DNA from: Hydrurus foetidus
Taxonomy: Eukaryota
Direction: 5' to 3'
DNA: 50,012 nucleotides
NCBI GenBank assembly: GCA_900617105.1
Contig: UYFQ01000542.1
Location: 1-50,012 of the forward strand
Shown here: positions 20,407 through 32,300 of the stretch, one piece after another
How the letters are laid out: each line of letters begins with the position of its first letter
How positions within the stretch are numbered: the first letter of the stretch is position 1
Program-made: the position numbers and the translations under genes
Notes under the pieces: generated by a model
Database searches by the model: none
Seen by the model: the letters and a program-made list of their open reading frames with translations, nothing else
Told to the model about the DNA's origin: nothing

Positions 20407-23400
20407 ATGGACATTTCCGCGCTATTTGGCGGCACTTTTCAGTCTCTCAAGACTATTGAATTGTCGAGGTAGTTTTACTTTATCAATTTGAATTTGTAAT
20501 GTCACGAGAATAATACGGCGTTTCAAACTAACGGAAGTCCACCTATCTTTCAGCGACCTCGTCGTCCCAATCATATTTCCTGGAGGCAGGAGTGTTTCTT
20601 CTCTTGAGGGAAGATTTCTATCCAGTGAAAGTAGTTGGAAAGATGTTCTCGCCGATGTTTTCATTTCTGCCGAGGAGGCCATCCTGTCGCTATGCAATAT
20701 TTCAGCCGATGCCAAGGACTTAGTAACTGTTCCTCTTTTAATCTCTCATGCATGCGGGAAATGTCGTCGTGTGTCGGTTTATAACGTTCTCGGGCAGAGA
20801 TCAGATTCAACGCTGGAAGATTTGCACACATTTGTTCCCACCTCTGTCGTGATGGGAATTTTATTGTTGAACCTGCACAAATTTGACGTTCATAAGAAGT
20901 TGCGATTGGCCGCCTTGGCAAGCCAGCTGATGGACGTGGCGCTTGATGCGTATCCTAAATTGGGTCATGAGATGATTTATGCTCCGGATTGCATGCCATT
21001 GTCCCGAAGACTTTCTGATTCCGAGCAAAACAGCAATCAGGAAGAATTCGAAGAGAGTCAATGTCTGAAATACACGGAGAACTACAGAACAATGCGCCAC
21101 TTTGTTCCCCCAAGCATAGCTAGATCGGACCTGCGCAGCATGATAGCGGATGGTGTCCCTCAAAAGATAGCAGACAGGGTGTGGAGCAAGAAGGCACTGT
21201 GGCTGCTCTGCATGCACCCAACAGACATCCCCAAGGTGCACATAGCGGATCTACGCGGTAAGTACGATTGCCACGGCCTGGACATAGTCGAGTTGGGAGC
21301 ACTATGGCACATACTTCCTAGGTGGAAAGGAGGCAGTCCTAAGGCAGAGTGGAGAAGAGCTCTTAAATCGAGACTGGATGAATTGGTGGCGAGAGAAATA
21401 TCAGGGAAGATATTCGCGAACGAGTTGCGAGACCCAGCATATAAGGTGCACTACATCACTCCCCTTTCCTCCTCTGTTGAAATTGGTCTGCCACATATCA
21501 CTTCACTTCTACCCATCACTGCATGATCATCAAATTCTGCCGACCAATTCTCATATGGTGTTCTTGATTTGATACCAACCTGCCGATTGGAAGTCCTTTT
21601 GGTCGATCTTTATCCGTCTACATTAGTTTTGACATATCCTCATCCATCTGTCACCGTGCTTTTTAATACGTCTTTCTGTCTATCTGTCTGGATTCATGAG
21701 CACACTCAATACCCTGGTCACGTGTCTTCAACCTTCTCACACACCTTCTGCATGTCACTACTACACGTCACTGATGAACCGTTCTGAACTGTCCCCCAGG
21801 GCCATGAGGACCTCGTGATCTATGACGCCGATCGCCCCCTGTACCGACAGTTCGGGGTGTCCGCCACCGCTATTGGTCTACTGCCTGGAGAGAGAATAAC
21901 AACCGTGTTCACTGCGGTGGATCTGAGAGCCATCTCAGCTGCCATGCATCCCCCTCAACACAAAGACATACTGGACCCCTACCACAGTCCAGCTACTGAT
22001 AGCGATGCAGACATCGATATCGAGGGCGATGGGGAGAAAGAGGGAGAGGGAGGACGTGATTTCGATGCGATCAACACCTGGGGCAGCAGCGGTGCTAAGA
22101 GCGCTGAACTGGATCTGGGTGTTGCGAGATCTGAGGGCAAGAAGAAGCGGAGGAGAAGGAAGAAGAAGTCACTAGGCAGTGCGGACGAGTCTGTGAGGGG
22201 GTCGGGATTGAAGAAAAAGAAGATGGTGAGAGCCCTCAGTCCTTTGTCTGGATGTCTATTAGAAGACACTGACGCTGACATGGGAGAGGTCATGAAGGAG
22301 CATGACAATCGAGATGGGGAGGGCACCGACAGAGACACCGAGCTGGACGATCTCTTGAACTACGAGATAAACCTGAGTTGCCTGGACATCGATCTCGACA
22401 TGGACATAGACGACTGCCTCTCTGATGCCAGCGACTGCAGCAGCGACAGTGGAGCTGAAGAAGAGGAAGGGAACAGCAGTAATGATGTGGAGTGCGAGTT
22501 TAGCTGGAGGGAGGTCAGGGCGGAAGCTGTACCCTCTTTATCCGGTATGACCCTTCCAGAGCACCCCTCCTCTGCTTCACACTTTCCGTCCCTCCGCATC
22601 AAGCAGGACCTCCCCGGTACCTCCTCTAGTCCCCCTGTCCCCACAGACACGGAGTCACTCATGCGCATCGAGAACTTCCGTCCCTTCGCATCTCAGGCGA
22701 TTAAGAAACCCATGAAGAGACTCAACTTTATCGCATTGCCGTCCAAAACATCAGCAAGCAAACAGTGGCTGTCTGGTCTAGATTCATCGGGTCAGATTAA
22801 TTTTGGCACCTCCCCTGATATTGTGTATGATAACGGGGAGAGGAGGAATGTCCGGACTGCTGGGAAGAAATCTCTGTCCCCCACCCCCTCCACTAGCCTG
22901 AAGGACATCTCGTCCCGTGCAGGGGACACTTCTCCGGCCCCCTGGGGATCAGCTGGGGCTCGTAGACGCAACTCAACGCTCACGCGGAGCAACAGAGTGG
23001 AGGTGTCCTCTCCCCTCGAAATGATCTACAAGAGTGAGGCGGGGGATAGAGAGGACTTCGTCTTTAATCCTCAGATATTCTCTCCAGAGGAAAGCAGCAT
23101 GCTCGACATAGATCGCGCTCAGATTGCCAAGAACGCCTCGAAATTTCTTAGGAACATGGACCACCTGGACCTCGCATCAGCCTCAACTTCGACATCGACA
23201 TCAGGAGCGTTCAGAAGCATCGCTTCTCCGTACAGACAGCAGACGTCATCGCTCTCCACGCCCCACGGAGACAACCCGCTGTTGCACATGACAACACCCA
23301 CCGTTCAGTCCCGCTCAAAATCCTTCAACACGTCAGGCACGCTCTCATCTTGGGACAGAATACAGACCGTATCACATTGCGCTAGTGTGGAATCGCTAGG

Positions 23401-25203
23401 GAAGGAGAAGAGAAGTGTGGCGAGAAAGACTGACATCAGCTTCAACCATCGCCCAATCAGCAGCAGCAGGACAGAGACAGAGGGAGTAAAGGAAGCAACA
23501 TGGAGCACAACCCAGCCCTCTCGTCCTTCACTGCCTTCTCTCTGCACTCTGTAGAGTCAGCCGTGAAGCTGCTCTTTTCGCCTACCAAGGAGGCGGAGTC
23601 ACGGGGCAGAAAGATGTTGACTTACAAGGAAGTAGATGAGGAGGATGCACATGGCGATGGACATGAAGAGGAAGAGGGAGGGATGCGAGTCGCGTCACAG
23701 ACGGAGCATAGCTTGGACCCATCCTCCTCGAGGGGCAGTCCTCTGTGTTACCCCAACAGCGAGGACAACAGCAGTCAGTCCAGTCACCGTCACTACAGCA
23801 CCAACTCATACCTCAACACGCCCCTCAACTTCAGCACACTCACTAGTGATGGCCTGGCGCACAAGCGCTTCTCCAGTACGTTCACCATCGTCAGTCCCAG
23901 GATGGACAGAAAGATCTCTCCTGAAGATGAGCTGGTCGATGACAAGATAGAGGCCGAAATAGACAACTTCATCGTGCCTGATGAGTTGTCTCCCATCGTC
24001 CTGAGACAATGCGGCATGGAGATGGACATCGCAGAGGTCAATGGCATCCGTCAGAATGCCCTGCTCTCCCTTCCCGCTCTTCTGAGCGACATAGCCCGAC
24101 TCTCTATTGGCGTTACTGATGACGAGGATGGAGAGGATGGCGTGGAGGACATATCGGGGAGCGAGCTTGGGCTGTGGGGTGACGTCAGGTCTCCCGATGA
24201 TGAAGACATCATGGCGGAGCTCAGTCAGAACGAGGAGGAACAAGAGGGAGAGGAAGAGGGGGTAGGTCCATCCGAGACCATAGACCGATTAGTCAGCACC
24301 AGTGCGACAAGCTCAGCATACCGCACCCCCACGTCGCAGTCTCAATCTGTGAGAAGCGTTCTAAGGGGGTCCAGTGAACACATTTCCTTCGAGTCCAAGT
24401 CATCTAAGTCGTCATTAGGAGTAGCGGTGTACTGGGAGGACGACACAGACGTAGGCCACCCTCTGGACCCCAATGCGGGAGACACGGACAGCGAGGGCAG
24501 CACGGACGCCAGCAAGAAGCCTGCCAAGAGTCCCTTCACCTTCACCCCTGTGAGCCCCGTCCATAAAGAGGTGAGCTCTGTGCCCCTCACACCCGAAGAG
24601 ATCGAGGATCTGGTGCTGCGTAGAGAGGCGCATGTCGCCTGGTCCGCCCTAGAGGATGGATCCTTACGGGTCACACCCGACGTGGCTACCGTGCTGCTGC
24701 TCAAGCTAGCGGAGGACCCAAATTCAGTGACCGAACCGTTGGAAACTCTTGTCCTGCTGGTGGACAAGTTAGGCGCAAACGTTAACGCCGCTGACCTAGA
24801 TTTGATGACACCCCTGCACTCCCTGTTCAGCAGTCCTGCATTAGGTCGCTTCATCCTCTCTCGAGGTGGAGACGTATTGGTGAAGGACGGTAACGGGGAC
24901 TCCGTGCTGTCCCTGTGCGCGGAGTACGACTACTCCTGGGTGTTGTCCGCATTCATGAGCATGCACAGTAGAGAGGCGAGGCTACTGGAAGACAGAGAGA
25001 AGGCGCACGAGTATGCTGTGATACTGCTGACCATGTGGGGGTTCGGAGGGAGGGTGGGGGAGCTCATCGAGGAGGGACTCGTCACCTTCTCAGGGGACGA
25101 GGCCCTCGAGCTGCTGGACTGCTGCACCAACAACTTCGAGAACATGAAGGAACCCATCGAGACGTTCGAGTTGCTGGAGTCCCTTATCCTAAAGGGACTC
25201 TAG
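20407..25203 (+). CDS. Large protein with an N-terminal domain of unknown function, a long acidic/Ser-rich disordered middle and C-terminal ankyrin repeats; apparent frameshift near 23470
   Basis: ATG 20407 and phase-consistent introns 20469-20553 and 21446-21799. ORFs 21815-23554 and 23500-25203 overlap in different frames. Ankyrin motifs LGANVNAADLDLMTPLH and GGDVLVKDGNGDSVLSLCA. Confidence 0.7.
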
Positions 25204-26520
25204 ACAAGAGAAAAGAACACAACACTACGTTACAGCGCCTACACAATGACGCCGTATGACATGTTCGTTATTATTGTCCACTCTATGCGCGGTAGAGCAC
25301 TTCGTACTGCTAGCTGTATATTTCCTCCCTCGAAATTGCACAGACACATAGCACAGAATTGGTGATCAATCCTGACAACTGCGTGCATGTTAAGGAAGAT
25401 GACGATGTGTGTCGGAGTTGCTAAGATCCAAGACCCATTCCATAAGCAACTGCATCATGTTCCGCAGAACAAGAGAATTTTATTATACGCACACCCATGT
25501 GACTATTCGATGAAGCGTTGTGTAAATGTCGCCCAAGCTGTCAATGCGTTATGTTATGCCTTTGCAAGAATTTAAAGTACTATGAAACAACTTTGGATAT
25601 TTATCGAATGGAAATAGATTGCACAGTCAAATTGAGCACCATAATTAGACAATTACGTCACGGAATATGTCTAACCAAACGGTGCTCGTCCACTCAATCT
25701 TTAAACCAATTTATTGTTTATTCATAGCATTCAATTAAAGTTCTAGCATTATGATTTCATTGTAAGTGCACTGCAGCAGCTACAACATCCACCAGTGTCG
25801 CCCAAAAAATCGGCCATTTCTGAATATAACTGACTTTGTATCGCGCGGCATATCAGGGACAGTGTTGTACTGCTCATGATTATTGATCCATTACTGCTGA
25901 TAAGTGAGTGTTCTGAGTCGACCAAGGCCTCCCGAAAACCGCTATGTTTTAAATATTTCCGTACTTTGTATTTTTTTAATGAAGTACAGTATATTCATCA
26001 ATCGACAAAAGAAAACATCATTTTTCGTCTTACAACTTCAAATTTAAAATTTATGATGATGTTTAATGGTTTATGATCATCTCAATCGTGTCATCTTGTT
26101 GGGAATATCAGGCCGATCCCTCATCACAATCCTAAGCTCAGGATGAGAGATACCGACGTTACCTGCCCGGTGTGAGGTCGTTTGGGCTGTTCTTTCTCAA
26201 AATTGTGCGATGAGGTTCGAGCCAGTGATCTCTCGTTTGGAGAAGGTGCCAAAATTGGGATGTATACTGACGTAAAAATATTTATGAACATTGGCATGCA
26301 CTCAGTGCAGTTCTGTATCACGATTCCCTTTGATGACAGAGTCCATTTCTACCTGCAGTCACGATGTTCATCAGCATCCCTTGTACCTGCATTTATAGTA
26401 TTCATCAGCATCAAGATCAGCTGCTCACTACAAACCAAATTGTTCACAAGAGATGTCTAGTCTAAAAATGAAAGTTTTGTATGGATAAATAATTCGACTT
26501 CTTTATCACATATCTTGCAG

Positions 26521-27595
26521 ATGATACTCTATGAGACTTCATCTCATTATTATCTTGTCGGGTACGACAGTGAGGAGGTGTCATTTCGAGTACTTAAAAT
26601 TGATCGGAGGATTGTCCGTCCGAAGAGTCTCGACGAAATTTTGCTCGAAGATCCATGCGTTTACTCCAAAGAAGATCTCGCAGAGATGCTTCAAATGGTC
26701 AACGAAGGTATCGAAAATCATCGATCAGCTTAACATGTCGAAGTGCTCCTTCTGCTGCAAGTTCGAATTTTGAATACATTTCTTTCATGAGTCCAACGAT
26801 CCCATCTGTTGTTGAAGAACAACTCTCGTGCTCCACTTGGTACTTTACATGAGACCATAATTCATACAGCAAAACGCTGTGTTTTGTTTAGCGATAACTT
26901 GAATCCGATTGCTCTCATCCATTTGCTGCTTAACCTATCAGGCAACAAAAGCATCGGTGGGCTTCTGAAAGTTACGAATGCGTGTGGGCTCGTGGGATTT
27001 GTGAAATTTCTCGGCTGCTACTACTTCACTTTAATAACGCAAAAGAAGAAAGTTGGGTGTTTAGGAGCAAATTTCATTTACTCCATTAAAGCCACAGAAA
27101 CATTCGCAGTGCGGCCCAGAGAAGTGCTTGAAAACAGCGCATTCCGACAAATATGGAAAAAGCTGAACAAGAAGCTCAATCAAACAGCCTCTGAGATAGC
27201 GGAGTCGCGCTATATGGGGCTGTTCCAGTTCGTGGATATGACGAAGGATTTCTACTTCTCCTATTCATATGATTTGACGCACTCTCTGCAGCACAACTTC
27301 ATCATGTCCGGGGACGGCAAGAAGTCCTTTCCCTCCTCCCCCTCGCAAGAGATGTTCGAGTGGAACCACTTTCAAACGGAAGAAATGAGGATGTTCAACG
27401 GTACAGTCATGCGTTTGATGTTGACTCTGATTGCAGTTGACTTCTTGGACAATCAAATGTCATACAGCCATCAGACCACTCTGAACCTATTTGCCGATTC
27501 ATGCGTACACACGCACGTATGCGCTCCTTCTCTCTTTTTCGTCTCTTTGTCGTGTCTCCTGACTTGTCTACACTCCTCTCTCTTCATCTCTCGGT

Positions 27596-27646
<51 letters not shown>

Positions 27647-29281
27647 TTTATCTCTCCCTCTTTCTCTTTCTCCCTATCTATCTCACTTTCTCTTTCTCTC
27701 TCTCTCTCTCTCTTACTTTCTTTCTTTCTTTCTTCGTCTACCTTTCCCTCTCATCATCTATCTCTAATGCCATGTCTCCATCTATCCTCCAGGACCCTTA
27801 TCCACTGCCTACTGGGTGCTGCCCGTGATCCACGGGTACTACAAGCAGAGGCGCTTCTCTCTCTTCGGGCGGGTGTTGGACCTGACCCTCATAGCGAGAC
27901 GGTCCAGACACTACGCAGGCACCAGGTGACAATAATTATCCCATCACATCACATCACGCCCTTCTCGTTAACGTGTCTACACTTCCTGGTCATCCAGTAA
28001 CTATCTTGTGACTACACTGTTTTCACTGCATTGCATCACACCAAAGTGCCTGCACTGCACTGCACTGTACATCCGCCTAACAAGTGTACGTTCCTCTGCC
28101 CTCTAGATATCTGAAGAGAGGTATCTCTGTGCACGGCAGAGTGGCCAACGACTGCGAGGTGGAGCAGATCATCCAGCTGGACAGCGGAGCAGCAGCTCAG
28201 TACTGCTCTTACTTGCAGATGAGAGGAAGCATACCCACCTACTGGTGAGGGTACAACGTGTGATTAGTCCGTTAAATTCTTCGAGTATGGTGACTTAGTG
28301 CAAGTGACAGAAATCATTATACTTCTTACTTCAGTAGATCTTCATCAAGTTAAATTGGTATAAACTGTATACACTCGAGTTTACTAGAATTGTTTCGATC
28401 TTGATTCATTTGAGTTTACACATTTCTCGATGTATTCTCCTTCTATTTTGACTGAAGGCATCAGGAGACATCAGTGACGATGCCGAAGCCCCCCATCCTG
28501 CTAAACCGCGTGGACCCCTCATACCTCTCCACACAAGTGAGACCCTTACTCCTTCGTACCTCCTATGCATTTCTCCTCCTCATGTTCGCTCTTTCTTCAT
28601 CTTCCCTTCCTCCATACTTCCTATTTCTCTCTCTTTCTCTCTCTCTCTCTCTCTTATCTCTCTCTCCCTCAATCTTCGTCTCTTTCTTCTCATAAACTAG
28701 GAACACTTTGCAGATTTGATTAGAAGATACGGAGCGCCAATCATCGTGCTGGACCTGGTCAAGCAATTAGAAAGGTAATAATGTTCCTTGCCGAAGAGGA
28801 AGTGGAATGTGTCACCCCGAGACAGACTCATTCCATCCGCTTCTATACTGACCATAACTCACTCCATTCACCACTTCCAATATTCATTATTCATCATCGG
28901 TGCACGACTTCATCGCCGAGTGTCCCTCCCTCTCCTCCTGAACTTGACCGCCTAATCCGAATCCACCCCACCCCACCCCCTTATCAAATGCCATCACCCT
29001 AACCTACCTCACACCTTCAACACCACCGACTCACCAACTCATTGTATCCCTTCATTGCATCCCTTCAGGCGTCCCCGTGAGTCCATAGTGGGAGTGGAAT
29101 TCAGAAACGCAGTGGAGGAGCTGAACCTCTCCATCCCTTTAGAGAAACAAATCCGCTACTTCGCACTGGACTACACCAGAGCTTCCAAAGGTCACACGCA
29201 CACACGCACTCTTTCTCTCTCACACACACACACACACCAGAGCTTCCAAAGGTCAAACACACACACGCACTCTTTCTCTCA

Positions 29282-29314
<33 letters not shown>

Positions 29315-32300
29315 ATGTACATACACACACACACACACACACACACGTATGTACATACACACACACACACACATAAAGTGTCCACTCATGTGCACATACG
29401 GATACGCACTCACACTAGCATCACATGCTCACACATATACGCATACGTAAGTGCACTCGAGTACTCATGCTTTGACACTCATTCTCTGATGCACGTATTC
29501 ACACACACGCACTGGTCTACAATCGGTATTTGCTTGGCAGAAACTTCCGTTATATGATGACGAATTGTCTTAGGCGATACTCTCCTGCACGTCACTCTGC
29601 TCTGCTTTGCTTTTTTGCCCTTTCTATATCTTAGGGTTCTACAATTTATTCTCGCCCGCTTATGATCACTCATGCATCCGCAGGCAAGCCTCATCAAAAC
29701 GACAAACCCAACTTGGGACCTGAGCGACATCAGGCGAAGGGAGACCCTCTGGAAGACACAGTGCGACAGAACAGAATGGGGGAAGTGGGTCAGGAGTGGG
29801 CGAGTGTGGAGTCATCACTAGGCATGGCGGGAGGGCACGCAGCACACACAGCACAGAGAGCTGATGTGATCAAGGAGAAGGAGAGGGAGGGAGATGGGGG
29901 CTACTTGGACAGGAGTCCCTTCGGGTGGCTGATAGGGGGAGCAGCCATAGCACACACACCTGACAAAGTAACAGCTGTTGAGAGGGATGCAGGTGAAATA
30001 TAGTGTACAGCGTCTCATCTATCCTCTAAGCTGCTGAGTTTGTAAGAGGAAGTGAACATGAGATACAGAGACGGATAAAGGGATAGATATCGATATCGGG
30101 AACTCACACACTGACTCACAAATCACCAACACTCACTACCTTTCAACATCTCCCTCTTCCCTGCACTACACTATTCCATACTATGATATACAATGCAGAC
30201 CAGGAGCTCTCCCCTACTGGTGTCTCCCCCTTCCCTCAGCTCAAAACAGACCTTTCTCCTGCAGTAGTTCTTAGAGAGGAGGCACAAGGAAATAGCAACG
30301 TGGGAAACACTGCGGGTGTGGGGTCCGGGTCGGCCCCCCCCTCCTCCCGCACAGTGGATGTCTTGAAGGAATTGGAGAATCTCGCCAATGTGACCCTGCA
30401 GCAAACAGGAGTGTTCTGTAGGTGAGAGAAAGAGTTACGTACATGCACATACACATATATACGTACATACATACATACATACATACATACATAGAGAGAG
30501 AGAGACAGGCAGGTGGATAGTATACAATCTAATGGATCGATGAATAAATTGGAGCAAGTGCCACGAGGCTTCTTCCTCTAGATCCTTTCCTCTCTACCTG
30601 TTCAAACCCTAGCGTCTCACTCCCTCTGCAATGCTCTTCCATATCAGCTCGACTGCCTTTCTAAACCGTGTGGAGACGTTGCAGCCCTTGCATGTGAAGA
30701 GGGCGGAGGAGAGGGGGTATCTGGAGCAGAGAGGGGTGCTGCGCACTAACTGCATCGACTGTCTTGATAGAACTAATGTAGGGCAGTTTGCTGTCGGAAT
30801 GAGGTTCTTGGGTCTCTCCTTGAAGGTGCATGACTAATGCGTTTATTGGAACGCTGACTGACTGACTGACTGACTGGCTGGCTGGCTGACTGACTGATAC
30901 GCTGACTGATACGCTGACTGACTGACTGATACGCTGACTGACTGACTGATACGCTGACTGACTGACTGACTGACTGACTGACTGACTGACTGACTGACTG
31001 ACTGACTGACTGACTGACTGACTGACTGACTGACTGACTGACTGACTGACTGACTGACTGACTGACTGATACGCTGACTGACTGACTGACTGACTGACTG
31101 ATACGCTGACTGACTGACTGATACGCTGACTGACTGACTGATACGCTGACTGACTGACTGATGACTGACTGACTGACTGATACGCTGACTGACTGATACG
31201 CTGACTGACTGACGCTGACTGACTGATACGCTGACTGACTGACTGATACGCTGACTGACTGACTGATACGCTGACTGACTGACTGACTGACTGACTGACT
31301 GACTGACTGACTGACTGACTGACTGATACGCTGACTGACTGACTGATACGCTGACTGACTGGAACGCTGACTGACTGATACGCTGACTGACTGACTGATA
31401 CGCTGACTGACTGATACGCTGACTGACTGATACGCTGACTGACTGATACGCTGACTGACTGATACGCTGACTGACTGACTGACTGACTGACTGACTGACT
31501 GACTGACTGGCTGGCTGGCTGACTGACGGACACACTAATGTATTGACTGACTGATCGGCTCACAGTGTCAGCATACTGCACTCTTGACCTCGCTGAAAGA
31601 CAATCACCCCTCATCTAACTTCTCCCCTCCCTCTCTATGCCTCCTTCTACCCGCTCGATGTCAAGGCTGTGGGTCTTAGCGATAAGCAAGTAGCGGAACC
31701 GAGTAGCGCCCTTCTCCTCGCCCTCATGGACATGTACAGGCAAGTTAACAGACTGGTATGAGAGTGAGAGAGAGAGAGTCCGGTATTGTTTATAATGTGT
31801 TTTCTGTGCAGCATCATGATATTGAATGACGTACTATATCTCCATGAACTTCAAATGTGCTGCGCTGCTTTCCTCTTCCCTTGATCTCAACTGCTTTGCC
31901 TCTATTCTAATTTGCCTTCAAATGATATGCAGCGAAATGGGTGACCGCATCGCCCTGCAGTATGGAGGGTCAGAGGCGCACAAAAAGGTGAGCAGTCGAT
32001 GAAGAGGAGAGCAAAACGTTTCGTTCAGAGGAGATGACGAGAGAAGTGAATGGAGAAGAGAAGAGTTGAGAATAATACAGGAGAAGGGAAGAGAAATGAT
32101 GACTGAAGAAAAAGAACGAGTTCAGAATTGAGAGCAGAAGGGAGGAAGAGGAAAGAGAAGGAAGAGATGAATTGAAGAAAGCTATGCAAAGCTAACTATT
32201 CAAAGCGAAAAAAAGGAAGAAAGTGGGACAGGGTAGAAAGAGGTTCGAGAGAAATAGGTTAGGACATAAGGCGCTCAAGGATGGGAGACAGACGGACAGA

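Noticed and set aside
25571..25740. TTAA-flanked inverted ends (Kolobok/piggyBac-like MITE)
   Set aside because: The match is short (CTATGAA/TTCATAG) in AT-rich DNA and the TSD is not clean.
26341..26412. CTGATGA...GAAA on the minus strand as a hammerhead ribozyme
   Set aside because: Stem II and the flanking stems cannot be formed.
30661..31614. Long SQSV-repeat ORFs (also the SVCL-repeat ORFs at 45671-46668 and HT/VC-repeat ORFs near 29100-29450)
   Set aside because: Translations of intronic microsatellites lacking stop codons; only the short real exons inside them are coding.
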